DNA of 64,000 nt from positions 1,922,001 to 1,986,000 of the forward strand of contig CP110440.1 in NCBI GenBank assembly GCA_026914245.1, in the 5' to 3' direction. This stretch comes from Puccinia triticina. Taxonomy: Eukaryota. The notes under the pieces are model-generated. The model did no database searches and had not been told where the DNA came from. It saw nothing but the letters and a program-made list of their open reading frames with translations. Shown piece by piece: positions 1 to 14,399 of the stretch (within the stretch, counting starts at the first letter, position 1; the number at the start of each line of letters is the position of its first letter). The translations under genes and the position numbers were made by a program.

Positions 1-862
1 AAGCAACTCAGATATAGTTTCATTGAATTAATTAGTAATAAGAGTGAATTATTGCGCACTCCGCGGTAATATTTGCCTACTCAGCGCTTGCAGAGCTCAT
101 AGTACGGCTGTGCTACTGTTGAGTTTTACTGTCAGATTTCACGAAATCCTGCAGTGCGCACTCCGCTGGAATATTTGCCTACTCAGCGCTCGCAGAGCTC
201 GTACTGTCGGATTACGCGTAATCTGACTGTACGACTGTGCTACTGTTGAGTTGTACTGTCGGATTTTGTGAAATCCGACAGTACAACTGTGCTACTGTTG
301 AGCTGTACTGTTGGATTTCGTGCAACAGTAGCTGTACAAGCGCTGGGGGCGCTCGGGACCGCTCGCAGAACTCTTGCTGTCGGATTACGCCAAATCCAAC
401 AGTATAATCATTTTTAGCGGTGCTGGTGTGTTCCAACCAGGTCAAAGCCCCGCTAAAGTACCCCTATACTGCTAATTACTCAATGTAGCGGCGTAGCGGG
501 TACTTTAGCAATTGAAAGCCGCTGCACCGCTAAATTACATGTAAACTTAGTGTTAGCGCCCTCATTGTAGCTACGCTACATGGGAGGCGTATAAAGATTA
601 GCGGCACCTTCGCTACGCTACCCCTAAAAAGTGGATTTTTGCGCTACCGCTAACGCTAACCGCCATTTTATTTAGCAATGGTTCGCTACGCTACGGAATT
701 AGCGCCGCTAATCTAATTTAGCGTAATAGTTGGGGTGTTGGTGACGCAACCACCAAGCCTTTTTCTCCCTATGGGAGTATCCTGAGGTGTAGCCGTGAAC
801 AAGGCTTGGCTGTGGGCAATTTATTTATATTATAATAGACTAATTTCCCTGACTCTGTCACA

Positions 863-1343
863 CAACAATGGGTTGCTACTTTACTCTATGATAACCGGGG
901 CTGTAGAGTAAAGTAGCAAGCTGCACCTAACATTTTTACAGGTATTGTTAGCGCTAGCGCGCGGATAGCCGCGTCACAGTTATTGTAACTGGCCTTTTTT
1001 TGCACAGCAGTTATTAGTAAAGTAACGTGTTATCGAGAAAATTAACATGTTATTAAGCAATTGAGGGTCAACTTGGCCCTTATCAAGCAGAGCAACACTT
1101 GATTGAGCAGTGAAAGGTCAAATCAGCCCTGAAATGGCCTTTTCTTGATCAATATATTGATAAATACCTCCTGCTCTGCCCATAGATATTGTAGCGGCCT
1201 TGAAAAGAAAAACACCCGGCCGGTGCAATATTGATATTGCACCACATTTCCCCATTGCTACCGGTCCGGTTATTGTAGAGGGACCAAAAATCGCTATGAT
1301 AATGTTACGATATGGATAACCGTAAAGTAGCAACCCACCGTTG
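863..1343. mobile_element. MITE with CAAC.. TIRs and 7-bp TSD (TGTCACA)
   Basis: Starts CAACAATGGGTTGCTACTTTAC and ends GTAAAGTAGCAACCCACCGTTG; TGTCACA at 856-862 and 1344-1350. Confidence 0.85.
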
Positions 1344-2010
1344 TGTCACATGACTTAACCAATTGTCATGTGAAAGAGCTTCAGTAGAAGTCTACATAAT
1401 ACTTTCACGGGGTATTTTTACATGACTAATATTAATCTTTCATGTACAATAGTTTAATTTTATGTACTTTGTTTATTTTACTAATTTTTTGTATGTAATA
1501 CCTTTTTTGGGCGCTTTCTGGGGCCAATTCTTAATTATAAAATTAGTGCATGAAGGAATAGGAGGAAGGGGTTACTTTGAGTGGGTGACCCGCCTTAATT
1601 TATGATGAGGAATCTGATTCTGCAATAATGATTCATTAATTATTATTATTTACCAAGTTATTGCAGTCTTTTGGATAGTTGAGGTATCTCTAAGGCTGAC
1701 AAAAGCAATTGAATTCCAGAAGCTGTAATTATTTCAATAATCATGGCCCTGTGCTGGTGGGAGGAGGATAATAATGATAGCTATTCCTTGAACCAAAATA
1801 TTTACCTGGAGGGTTTATACCACTTATTTTGATAGAGGTGTGTCAGAACAATTTGACAGTGTTAGGGATTTCATTGCCACAGGAAAAATTCTGCTAGAAC
1901 ACTTACTAGTGTAATTTGATGCCAAAAATAATTATCACACCCACAATAACTGTGAATACAAAACACTCAAAAATATGACCAAAGAAGTTGCTTTGTTGCT
2001 GAGCTGGTGA

Positions 2011-2230
2011 TTATTCATCACTTTGTGCTACTTCTTGATCAGTTAATGCAACATCTTGAGAATTTGATTCATTTGATACCAACCTGGCCTGAGTGGTAAG
2101 ATCCACCTGGCAGCAAAGTGGGTAGGAAGAATTCACCTTCAACCATGAATCAATGCAAGTGGTGCAAAATGTGTGCTGGAAAGCTGGAAGCACTGTTTTT
2201 TCATCCAAGCACTTTTCCAAGCAAATTGGA
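2011..2230 (-). pseudogene. Degenerate RING-finger protein fragment
   Basis: LPAFQHTFCTTCIDSWLKVNSSYPLCC resembles the RING signature C-x-H-x-F-C-x2-C-I-x2-W..CP-x-C with some ligands lost. Confidence 0.55.
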
Positions 2231-2838
2231 CAGTCTTTTTCTACTTCTTGAATTCTTTGGGAAGCAACCAGAATTTCAAGAAGATGTGCTTCGCCACTAG
2301 AGGTTGTGAGCTCTTTTGATTTGTTACTGCAAATTTCCAGAGCTTCCTGACTGTCTTTGGCTTCTTCAATTAGAAAATGTACCTCAGGCTGCTCAGCTCA
2401 TCAGATAGAAAGACGGAAAAAGTCAGCTGCTGGGACCCTTAAAACTTCAATCTCAGCTTGATACGGCCTTCACTGACATTGGGAGGTATTATTTTGGGAA
2501 AATTTGTGTTAAATTGATTTGAAAGGTGCTGACATATGTTAGATTTACTAGCCAAATATAGTTCAGAATGTCCAACAGATAAAATGTGACCAACTTCAAT
2601 TGATGATTCTACTTGTAAAATATTACCAACAAACTAAAGATCAATGCATTAGTGGTGATTATGATCCAATACCATCAGAAAATCAAGAGCACTTCCTATC
2701 AGATATAATAAACAGAAAACCATCACATGAAATGTAGTGGATTTTTATCTAGTGGAACAAATAAGGGCAAGCAGGGTATCAGATAATAGGGTTAGAACTT
2801 CAAAGCTTAGGGGTTGTCAGAATAGTTTGCCTATGCTT

Positions 2839-3230
2839 TATCCAAGTTTATTAAAGACAGCCAATCACAGAAATCAAGATCAAGGGTTCCCCCTACAACT
2901 TATCAAAATACAAAAAAAATACAACATAGCAAGACTGGGAAAAACACAACACAGCCAGCCCACCATCCTTCCCTGGCTAGCAGGGTCAAAAATGGTGGGC
3001 AGATGACCCCCAGCGCGCCGCAAGGGCATTATGCAAAGGGGGGTCACCAAACTTAACCCCTCAAACCGTGCAAGTGCAACAGCAGAGGGGGTTGAGTACA
3101 AACCAGTGGCTGGAAATGCAGCACAATGGTTTGATGCCCCCTCAAACTGCGCAAGTGCAACAGCGGAGAGGGATGAGGCAACTCCTGGCTGGAATTACAG
3201 CAGTAGGAGCTGCCTGAGGAGACAGCAGCA
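2839..3230. repeat. Dispersed repeat copy; a second copy is split by the 53-kb element
   Basis: TATCCAAGTTTATTAAAGA..TCAAGGGTTCCCCCT recurs at 5920-5985; GTGCAACAGCAGAGGGG..GCTGGAA recurs at ~59320-59410. Confidence 0.6.
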
Positions 3231-6079
3231 GAGTCTACATGGAGTACTTATAGGCCCCAACTCTGTGCCCGCTCCTTCAATTTCTGATACACATAACCGT
3301 TGCCACGACTCCCTTTACAACTCGCCTTCCACGCTGTATCCCGGCAACCCATACCTTGACTCACCTTGTTTGTAACTACCATTGCATTGTATTACATGCT
3401 GCCTTGCTCCTGGTGCCATCATCGTACCAACATTACCGTTGCAACTGGAACTACCACCAAGCTCAACACCATACAGGTGAGCCTCTTCACCTGATTCAGT
3501 CCGCAGTGCTTGAATGAAAGTCAGTACAAACCTGAAAACTCATCACAAAGGACAGCATCCACTCCACCCGCAGCCCATCAGACCGTCCCCGGCGCCGTAG
3601 CTACCATATCCTCAAGCATATCTCCCCGCCCTCTTATTCGCCCTCCTGACCCAATCAGGACCAGCTGAGTCGCCGCGAAGTCCGCCGGACGAAGAGCAAC
3701 AGGCAGGTCAATCGCGAGCGCTTCTTCGGCCACAAGGGCCCCTCCACCGTATCACACTCTGTTGATGCTGATGAGCACCATAAGGATGAGGACAAGTATC
3801 AGGGGCCGAGAAATTCAGCTATCCAGGCTGGGTAAAAGATGGGGGTTGGTGACGGGTCCCGAACCACCCAAGAAGTGCCTTCAGAGCTTGTTGACGCCCT
3901 ACAAATCACCTTGATTGCCTCATCCATGCCAGTCTCGAGGCAGCCGCTTGACCAGTCCGCCTGTGCACAATTTATCCATATCCTTTGGCACACAGATTGA
4001 TCTCGCTGGCTGCAGCTGCTACTGCGGCGGCTGGGGCCAATGCTCAGCCGCCGTGTGCGTCGGGAGCAGTTACTGCTAATGGAGGATCTCACCTGCTCGC
4101 TGTTTTGTCCATGCGTGCTGAAACTCGCAAGCAGCAGTACAAGAGTAAAGGTACACCTTCCAGAACAGCTGATTTGCCTCAGTCTCTTGCTGGGGCTTGT
4201 TTGTTGACTCCCTTCACCAAGCTATACAACACCCGGGAATATGCAAAGACTTGAACCAGTCATACACCAACCTCTCAACCATGCTTAGCTACTCCGCCTC
4301 ATCCTCCACAGATTCCGGGCCAGCCATGAGTACCTGGCGCTCCTCTTCAAAAGCCTTGATAGTCTTGCAGCACACACCTTTTTCCGCCTCAACCAGCCCA
4401 TCGCCTTTTCCCCCATCCACCCCAGAATATCTTCCGGCTCCCCCAAAAATACTCCTCTGATGAGACCCACTCGGCCTGAGAGCTTATTTCCCGAGTGGCC
4501 AGCCAACCTCATTGCCCTTATTAAACATCTCATCCAATACTCCGGCCGCGCCAGGCACACCAGCCTCAAGCTCCTGATTTTCCATGCCCTTTATACCAAT
4601 CCCACATCCGCACTGTCCCCAAGCTCCTGCTTTACTATGTCCCTCAAAAGGATTCCCGCCGAGGTCCTGAAAGACCCCGCAAATAAATGGTACTTCCAAT
4701 TTGGGCATTACTTTCTGTGGCCCTCTTTTTTCTGTTTGGTGCTTGGTTTTTGTGCCAGTATTATTGTCTCTTTTGTTGATCTATAAGATGGCTTAAACAC
4801 ACTTATTTATTCTGTTTAGTTTATTTTCTCTTTGTTTCTTTCTCTTTCTCTTAGTAAAAGAAAAGGCATACACTCTCTTTAAACAAGAAAAATAAAATAC
4901 ATGCATGAATAGATATCAAAATATTAATATCTTGACTTGATAGATAGAAGTATTGTGATGTGGTTGAAAAAATGCTATTTGTTTGTGTTTTAGTTTTTCA
5001 ATGGAGAAACAATAGGTGAGTTCATGTTGGAGCATTTCAAGTCCCCAGCTAAAATTGATCTTGCTGTTTGATAAAATTGGGACCTTAAAAAGCCAAATAA
5101 TGGTGGTGAGAGTCCAACTTTCAGCAAGAACTGAAATTACATGAAGTTAATTTTAATTAGAATTTTGCTGGTCCCGGCCCAATGTGAACCGGGATAATGA
5201 ATAGCAAGGTTTTATTTGAAACAAATAGTGCATTAGTAGACTAAATTGATCTCATATGTGTGTCTTGTCTGAAACCAGTCAGGTTTGTAGGTTCAATTCA
5301 ATTGAATCAGAGTTTGCTGCATGGAAAAGGTCTTGGTGGCTGGGGCACTTCATGTATAATGTTTATGAATCAGACATGCAAGAAGTACAAAAATTCATTC
5401 ATTCTCATATTTCCAGGGATATTGGCTGTGATGACACATCAAGGCCTTTCCTGATGATTGAGTTTAGGTGTTTGGTGGATGGATTGTATTTGCAGGTGTA
5501 GTGCGGGCTTTGAGGGTGAGGTCGTGGGCCCAGAAGTTGGAGATTTTATTAATTGTAAAGGAATCTATTTTTAATTTGCTTTTGATCATCATAATTTTGT
5601 CATTTCATCATCTGTGTAACCTCCTTGACACATTCATTCATAGATCCTACTACTTTGGTCATTTACTTTGACCTTGCTTATGCTTTGTGTGTATTAATGT
5701 ATGGGCCTTCTGCTTTAAAAGATAATTTATCAAAATTATCCTCTTTAGGTTTGTCACTTTTGCTGTGTTATTGATTGAAATGATCCTTGACCAAGTTTAA
5801 AGTTTGAGGATCATTTTGACTTCAGAAAAAAATAAAAAAATACCACAGGAAATTGACCTTTGCAAGGTGTGGAAGTGTTGATGTGAGGATGTCATGTTTG
5901 ATTTCATTTATGATGTGACTATCCAAGTTTATTAAAGAAACAGATTTCCCAGAGCACTAAAAAAAAAAAATCAAGGGTTCCCCCTGTAAATACACAAAAT
6001 GAGAGAAAAAAAATCATGGGTTTCCCCATTGGACAAAAAACCAATGCAAAATCCGCAACAATCAATATATGAATCAAAA

Positions 6080-8600
6080 CACTGCCAGCATATAAGGCTT
6101 GGATGCGTGCATCCGCGTTAATCTGGGGTGCGCGCAACCGATTTAAAATTGGTTGCACGCATCCGAGGCAATCCGCACCCAAGTCAACATCGGGGGACAG
6201 CAACCCAAAGGTTTTGCTGTCCGATTCAAAGTCGGCTGCTTCGCAGCCGAGCCAAAATCGGCACGATGCCTGACCGATGAATTCAATTCTTTGGTCAGGG
6301 GTCAGCCGAGTCAACCTTGGCCGCCACCAACCGAGTAGTGGAAGCTCGGTTGACAGTTCAACCGAGCTTTCATATCATCGGTCATCCACAACCGATCATA
6401 TGAAAACTTGGTCGGGGGCCCACCGAGGAAAATGAATATTGGTGGCTCAATAACCGATGATTTTGAATCATCGGTTGTTGGCTAATCCGAGGAAACTTTT
6501 GCCAGCAGGTCAACCTGTCAAGCTGCTGGCCGAGCAGGTCAACCGGCTGGCCAAGCAGGTTCAGGTACCTGGCAGATCAACCTGCTGGCCAAGCAGGTAA
6601 AAGTACCTGCTCGCCGAGCAGAAACAGTTACAGGTAGCTGCTCCGGCTCAGCCATACCTGCGCGGCGACGAGCAGGTTGACCTACTCGCCGAGCAGGTAC
6701 TTCTACCTGCTCGGCCATCAGGATGACCTGCTGGCCGAGCAGGTACAGTTCCATGTACCTGCTCCGGAGCAGGTAACAGCTCAGCGAGCAGGTTAACCTA
6801 CTCGCCAAGCAGGTTAACCTACTCGTCAAGCAGGTTAACCTACTCGTCGAGCAGGTTAACCTACTCGTCGAGCAGGTTAACCTACTCGCCCAGCAGGTTA
6901 ACCTACTCGCCGAGCAGGTACTTTTACCTGCTTGGCCAGCAGGATGACCTGCTCCGGCGAGCAGGTTGACCTACTCGCAGGTAAAAGCTCGCCGAGCTGG
7001 TACATTCACCTGCTTGGCCATCAGGACAACCTGCTCGCCGAGGGGGTACAGTTACAGGTACCTGCTCCAGCTCAGCCAGCAGGTAACAGTACTTGCTCGG
7101 CGAGCAGCCCAACCTGCTCGCCGAGCAGCCCAACCTGCTCGCCGAGCAGCCCAACCTGCTCGCCGAGCAGCCCAACCTGCTCGCCGAGCAGCCCAACCTC
7201 TGCCCGGCGAGCAGCCCAACCTCTGCTCGGCGAGCAGCCCAACCTGCTCCGCAAGCAGCATATCCCTGACCTGCTCCGCGAGCAGGTCAAGCTGCTGGCC
7301 GAGCAGGTCAACCAGCTGGCCGAGCAGGTCAACTGGCTGGCCGAGCAGGTACTTGTGCCCGCTTCGAAGCCGCTACAGGTACCTGCTTGTCAAAAGCACC
7401 TGCTTGGCGAGCAGGTCAAATCGCTGGCCAAGCAGATTGGCGAAGCGGGTACAAGTATGTACCTGCTCCCTGCTCGAACTTAACACAAGTCCCCTGCTGC
7501 GGGGTGCGCCAGCCATTTGGCTGGCTGGTCGGTTCGCGAAGCGAACCCCCCCGCAGGGGGGACTTGCGCCTTAGGTCAGCAAACCCGCGTGATGAGTTTC
7601 CCACCTTTTGGTGGGAGGAAACTTCATCCTCAAGTTGCTCACTTTCCTCAAAAATTTGAGGATGTTTGGTCAGGGTTTGTGGAAGAGCTGCATCTTCCTG
7701 TTCATCCCACCCAAACTCAGAACAAGTACATAATCTTGTGATTTTATAATGATTTTTATGAAATCACACTTCAAACTTTTTTTTGCTCGAACGAGCGGTT
7801 TGAGCACCCCGCGCACACCAAAACAAGTCCTAGGGAGCTGAAAACAGACAGTTTTCAAAAATCATTATAAAATCAGTGAGAACCAGTACAATATGATACA
7901 TAACACCAAAAGAAAGACAAGAAGCAAGCCTTCATTTGTTGAAATACTGCGTCTTCCAATTGTGAATACGCAGCAAGCATTTCCAATTCTCACGCTCATA
8001 GTGAATATCCTAAACTCTACACGCCCATAGTGAATATCCCAAACTTGAACCTAACCCAAGCTGAAAATTTCCCTGACATCAAAACCGACTCTGCCCAAGC
8101 CTGCTAGTCTTTTCCTCACGCGCAACAAAACATTCAATTGTGAGGAAGAGACTAGTAAGCAAAATTTCCCTTCTTCCAGATTCCTCAAGTCATCAACATC
8201 AAAAATCAACAAGAACTAAACACTCTTCCCATTATTTTCTTTCCCCTATCTTTACCCATTGAATAGATCACCGTTCTCTTGCGCGCGTCCCTCGTAAAAC
8301 ATCAATCAATCAAATCAAAACAAAATCACTCTGTGTTCATCGCAGGTATGCCTATTTTCCGTTTACATTATCTTTATCATTCTCATCTAGTCTGCTTGTC
8401 TTTCATCATTTCTATCTTTTATTCTTCTCATTTGTTTTCTTTTAGGTGTGTTATTGCTCAAACTTGTTGTGTCGTTGCTCAGGTTGTTTATCAGATTCTC
8501 AATCACTTTTATAAGGTTAGTTAAAATTGAAATAAAATTACGCGCAACAAAACATTCAATCGTGAGGAAGAGACTAATCACCGTTCTCTTGCACACATCC
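6080..8600 (+). repeat. Left arm of outer element, outer segment (inverted copy at 56460-59148)
   Basis: Near-identical reverse-complement match; mirrored ORFs in the track (e.g. 8279 vs 56546, 7517 vs 57377). Confidence 0.95.
6500..7470. repeat. Subterminal ~21-bp array of palindromic ACCTGCTCG-N-CGAGCAGGT units (left arm)
   Basis: Many tandem or dispersed copies of AACCTGCTCGCCGAGCAGGT/GCCC variants. Confidence 0.9.
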
Positions 8601-11056
8601 AACTATCTTAAATACACAAAATCCTAGACATTTAGATCTAAGTTTTTGCGTGTTTAAGTCTCAAAAATAATTAACTAGCTACATTACAAAACAATTACAC
8701 AAGCAAAAACACGTTGAAATATCCACAAAGACCCAAAGGCCCTATGGATGACCCTCCAGCTGTGCCGGAGCAACAAGCAAAAAAGGGCCGGTTGGTAAAC
8801 TGTCCAGGGGGGGCCTAACCAAGCAGTTAGGGGCCTCCCAGGGAGGGGGTAGGACAAAACCGGATCCCCTGCGGTTCACTTGACCCCACAACCCCCCCTT
8901 TAAATACCCCACAGTTGACCAGTAACCACGCACTCACCACACCGTCTTTGTTTGCCCCGCCCTCAGCGCCGTGGCCGCCCCTGTTCCTACGCCAACAGTT
9001 CCCATCTCAGTGGTGCCACTGCTTACCTACTCTTTGAGCTCAATCCGCTTGGTACACCAACAACTGACCTCGCCTGCCAATAAACACCTCAACTGCAGCT
9101 TAGTTACAATCACTCCTTCGGCAGTCACACTGGAAACGGGTTGACGCCACACTCACAGACTAACCTTGCATTCCACCTGCTATCAGCCAAAACACGTTCC
9201 TGCCACTCCATCGGGCTTACCTGGTCAAACCATGCACATCCAACAGCCCAATCTAGCTCACCACCGCCCGGTCCTGACCAGGTACTCTTACGCAACCCGT
9301 CATCCTGACCTTATTGACTCCTGGCATGCACAGTTACTCGCTTTTGCGCTCGGAGATAATCGCTATCCACTCCTTGGCCGTTAAACAGATGAAGTTCGCC
9401 GGTCACCAATCGCAAATGATAAAATGACCAGCAAATGCAGCAGCTTGCGGCTCGATGCTGGACTACGCTACAACAGATGTCTTGGATCACCAGGCTAAGC
9501 TTCTTTTCCAGCGGCCTAAAACAGACCGTTCGCTGGAGCGCGGCAGTTTTGGCCGTTGTCCTGCCTCTACTTTGTCTGGTTGGATATGTCAATATTTCTC
9601 TCTCTCAACCTCTGTATCCTTTATGATATCTTATAGAGACATCCATCTCACTTCATGAAGATCAAAGCTGATCTAACCAAAACTTAGGACCAGACTTTTG
9701 AAGAGCACCACAGCTGCTTATTGGAAGGCACACTTTGAGTTTTCTGGCGAAGATCTTTTCTGACGGATTGCAAGAGCTCCCGCGGACTCTAGACACGAAG
9801 GAAGGCGGTGATTTAGCTGAGGGGAACAAAGTTCTGGTCGGCAAGAGTGAACACCCCGCTGCCCGGGCCTCCTGGAAGGCGCTGTCCATCTTGCGTCACT
9901 GTCCTTCCACAGCACGCTGTCCAGCTGTTCAGGCTCTTACTCATTTTATCAAGATGAATTCTCAGGAGAAGCCGTTTGACAATCACCTTGATGCACTGGT
10001 ACTTCAGGTTTGTACAAGTCTCTCCTGACCTGGCTATCTTTGATTCATCTTTTTTCTCCCCTTTTTGTGTGGTTTGGATTAGGATGACAGGAGGGAGACA
10101 ATCGGAGACGTGGATCTCATTCTTGTTGTAGACCTTGGTAATCCAACTGGGATTGATCTTGGCCTCTCTTCTGTCCAAAGCGGTACCTACTATTGAGACT
10201 CAAGGAAAGGAGAGCAAAAACTCTTAATTTTCATTGCTACCGCGGCTCCACCTCTTGAATCCCCTGGCACTCCAGGTTTGGAGTACACCCACACACTCAC
10301 ATCTGCTTCCTCTCTCCCCCACTTGTCTATGAATAGATGGTTGACACTGAATCTGTCAGTTATCATAATAAACAAAATACAAGGAGCAAAGTATGATTAA
10401 TCATTTTTAGTTTACATGTTGGCTTTCAGATCTTGCAAACAACTTGATTGGCGCTGTAGAAAAACAGGGGCAGAGTCAGACCTATTTTTGAAAATCCACC
10501 ATTTTCAAGGAAAACTGTTTTCTGGATGTCCCAAAAATCAGGTGCTGTGGTGTACTTCTTTTGGGGAAAACTGTTTTTTGCAGAAAAAATTGATTTCCAC
10601 TGGAAAACCGGTTTTTACGCCCGCTTTGGTACAGGCCCTAACATAATTTTTTTCCAAAGACTTTGATCTTCCTGTTGATGTGACAGCAATTATTACCTGA
10701 AGCAACATTGTAACCACTGCGCTGCACTAAAAAAAGCGGTCATTTAGTGCAGCACAGCGGTCGAATTTAGCGGAAGCTGTTGAAAAAACCGCTGCGCTAC
10801 TTGCTACGCTCAGCGTTTGACCGCTACCCACCCAGGGCAATTAGCAATAGCGCAGCGGAAGCGGAAATCTGCTATGCTATCCGCTAATTTAGCGGATAGC
10901 AGCATTTTACTGTATGTTAAACCTCTTTTAACAGCATTTAAACCATTTTTCTTCTTCTTTTCCAAACCGCCAACGCGCAGCGGTTCAGCGCTACGTGAGC
11001 TCTTTTTTTAGCAAGCTAAAACCATCATTTTTTTCCAGGAAAAACAAAAGGCGGTT

Positions 11057-11215
11057 AGCACAGCGGCACAAAAGTCTGCTGCGCTAAACACAGCGGCACA
11101 AAAGTCCGCTGCGCTAAACACAGCGGCACAAAAGTCTGCTGCGCTAAACACAGCGGCACAAAAGTCTGCTGAGCTAAACACAGCGGCACAGAAGTCCGCT
11201 GCACTAAACACAGCG
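11057..11215. repeat. 30-bp minisatellite, ~5 copies
   Basis: CACAGCGGCACAAAAGTCTGCTGCGCTAAA in tandem. Confidence 0.9.
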
Positions 11216-11489
11216 CAGCTGTTACAACATTGTGACTGAAGTTGCAGGACATTCTGCCCAAACTAATCAAATCATGTTTTCTGGGCTTGCAAACAGTGTT
11301 TTTGGGCCTGCACATGGGAGGAACTGGCATGGGCAGGCAAATTGTGGTCAAGGTGAGAATTACTGTTGATTGTGATGGGAGAATCACTGGCTGATTCAAA
11401 ATATTGTTGGAGGTGTGGTGGCACGGCAGCAGCAAGGGTGGTCAAGGGCAGGTTGGCTTGCAACAGTGTATTCAATAGAGGGTCATTAC

Positions 11490-12574
11490 TGTCAAGACTC
11501 GGGCCTCGGCCCTGAGCGCAGGAAGCAGCAGGAACTAAACCCTAACCCCGCAAGGGGGACTGGAGTCCGCGCTTCTCTTAGGCACATGCATATGCATGTT
11601 GCTCCCAGGCAGAAGGATTAAGCTAACGCTAATCCTCTGCTCCAAACCAGCCACGTCAGCAATCGACGGAGTGCCTAAGCGACCTAAGCAGACTCAGACA
11701 CCTACAAGGTAAGTCGAGATGCTAGGATTGTCACAGCTAGGAACGTTACGCTGACAGGACTCTAACTCCTGATACAGCTCAATAACTTCCGAAGCCATAG
11801 ACCGATTAGGTCCAAGCCTCAGCGACAGGATCACCCACCCCGTTAATGGAGGTAAGTCCTGCGCTGCAGAGTCCAACCAGGGTTTTCAGAAGCTGACCGG
11901 AGCACCGCGTACATAGCAGGAGCCGGCAGCACCTGCAACCTCATAGCTCAGATTGGCTAAAGTGTGGAGCGCTAAGCCTACTGAGTCCCCGTAAGAGAAC
12001 TCATCTTTCTCTACAGCTTCACTCACTGAAGTCTCAGCGCTGACGCTCTGCGCAGTGTTCTCAGACCATACCAGACGTACTTGTCCCTCAACCGCCACTG
12101 CGCGTGTATAGCTGCCCAACAGCCCAATCCCTTTACCAGAGCCGGCCCTGATTCCGCTCTTAGGTAAAGCTTGTTTTTCATTCTTTCTCTAAGTCTCTGA
12201 GCCTGTCAGATAGACCAGTCTTTCTCATAATGAAATATACCTCTTAGTTCTGTGGAATCTTACAGATTTACAGCCTCGGACGCGGAACCTACCGATCTCA
12301 ACTCCACAAATTAAGAGCGGATCCTAATGGCCGGAACTAGACAGAACCCCGCTGGATCTTTGTCAAAGACTCCCGCAATCACAACTGTCAGCGATGATTG
12401 GGACATCTTCAAATGCTCAACCTTCACCGGTGATAATTTCCAATCTGGCAGCGAAAGGTTAAGACGTATCTTGCGGTCAAGAGTCTACTTAAATGTATCA
12501 AGCATCCACTCCCCGCAAACGCCTCTGAAGAATTCAAGCTGGAATATGTTCGCGCTTCAGCTATCCAGCACGAG
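11490..12574 (+). mobile_element. Possible truncated LTR-retrotransposon fragment inside the left arm
   Basis: Starts TGTCAAGAC; non-coding; ends abruptly where arm homology resumes at 12575; no TSD or second LTR found. Confidence 0.3.
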
Positions 12575-13981
12575 CCAGCAGGCCAATCTGCTGGCCCAAT
12601 TGAGTCAAGTTATGTTTCCAGTGTGTAAGATCTATAGAGATGGACCAAAACATGGAAAAACTCACTAATAAAACTTTCAAGCATGGTTTTTTTCTTGCAG
12701 GACATGAGAAATACCAGTATGCAGCTGTGAGCTAAGATGCCCATTGTGGGAGGCTGACACAAGGAGATGAGATAGAGGAAACTAAAATTGCCGGATATTT
12801 TCCAGGTATTGAAAGGCATTGCTGCGGACTGCCCCACATTTACATGGAGTTGCCAGCATTTCTGGCATTAACTGCTGTAACACAGTGGTATGAGCAGTCT
12901 TCCTGCCACTGCACTCTGCAAATTTTTGGTCTCAATCCAAACCAACAGCAACCTTGGTCAGTGCAACAGTCATTGCCCCACTTACCAAGCTCTCACTAGC
13001 GGACCGGTCAGAACCCCTCCCCTTTTTTTCTGTTCCTGGAAGGACCCACCATGTCTAATCAACACCCTTCCATCCCAAATTCCAACTCCTGGAAGCATGG
13101 CAAGAGATCTTCAACATTGACAAAAACTGAAGATTTTGTTAAGTTGATGCTACATTTCCAGCAGCAGAATGCCATACAAGCAACAGTGGGCCACTACGCT
13201 ACGCTATTTCAGCGCTACGCGTTAGTGTAGCGGCAAAAAGCGCCCGCCAATTTGGAATAGCGTTAGCGCGCTGCTAGTGCCGCTACGCTGCGCTAATTTT
13301 CAGCGGTGCTCACAGCGCACCAATTCTTTTTTAGCGTTAGCGCGCCGCTACAGTCGCTTTTAGCGGACAAAAGGCCTTTTTTTCCGCTAAAAGGGCTGTA
13401 GCGCAGCGTAGCGCGCGCTTCTTTGCGCCCTGCGTGTGTAATGTTAGCGCAAGCGCGCGCATCTGCGCTAACACTACACTAACAGCTAATTTAGCTGCGC
13501 ACCCTGTGCGCGTAGCATTAGTGCAGATGCGTGCAATTGCACCAACGCCACGCTAAAAAATAGTGCATTTGTGCTGTGCTACGCTACACTAACCGCTATG
13601 GTTAGCGTAGCGGCCCACCGTTGATACAAGCCTACAAGGATTACCAAGCGGCGGCAGAATAAATGGCTGGCTGAGAGGAAATGCTGCTCCTCAAAACTGA
13701 ACCTAGGTAATTACCCACTCCCACTCCACACTTGACATCTAATCATATTGATTTAAAGCAATTCTGTACAATGTATGGACCACACTTACAGGGGCCGTTC
13801 CAATAGGTCAAGCCTTTCCTGAAATGGATTAATGTGGTACAAATTTACTTTTCAAAGAAGGCACTTTGGCATGATAATGAAAATATCAGAGTCACTGGTA
13901 ATCTGATTGAGGAAAATAAAATTCTGTAGGTATCATATGCTAACAAGGCCAAATTGTTCATTGGAAAATCCTGGAAACAGT
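12575..13981 (+). repeat. Left arm of outer element, inner segment (inverted copy at 54132-55541)
   Basis: Reverse-complement match; identical or near-identical ORFs 12890/54996 and 12610/55279. Confidence 0.95.
13181..13623. mobile_element. GCTACGCT-rich MITE with 7-bp TSD ATACAAG
   Basis: TIRs CAACAGTGGGCCACTACGCTA / TAGCGTAGCGGCCCACCGTTG; ATACAAG at 13174-13180 and 13624-13630. Confidence 0.9.
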
Positions 13982-14399
13982 CCCCGACTTGCATTGTGTT
14001 TCTTGCTTACCTCCGACGACCTCCCTACCACTCCCTCTGACCAATCATTGCGACCGACCCCACCAAGGACCCTGCAGGCTATAGACCCCAGGACGCCCTT
14101 GACGACCCCTTTTGATCCCCCTCTCCATGACCTCCAATTAGACTAAACAGCCGCTAAATGACAACAAACAATTAGCCTATTTGCCAGACCGCCCTCAGGC
14201 CTCCCCAAGCGGTCAAGGAACACCAAATACAGCCCAACTTCGTCATGGCCTGCAGAGCCTATCCCTCCCTTGTCAACATCCTTGCACCTGCCCTCGCCTC
14301 TGCTCCACCCCACCAATGGCAACGACTTCCCAAAGATGTCCCCTCTACATACCTGACACATCTCTTGCTTTCTTCCTCCAAGCACTTTGGCTCACAGCA

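Noticed and set aside
1..760. Repetitive, MITE-like sequence at the window start
   Set aside because: No clear TIR/TSD pair; may be truncated by the window edge
6539..7659. Repetitive ORFs (also 55436-56030 and 57635-58689)
   Set aside because: They arise from the 21-bp subterminal arrays; no evidence of coding
9435..10028. Gene-like ORF fragments in the left-arm insert
   Set aside because: Could not assign a family or a consistent exon structure
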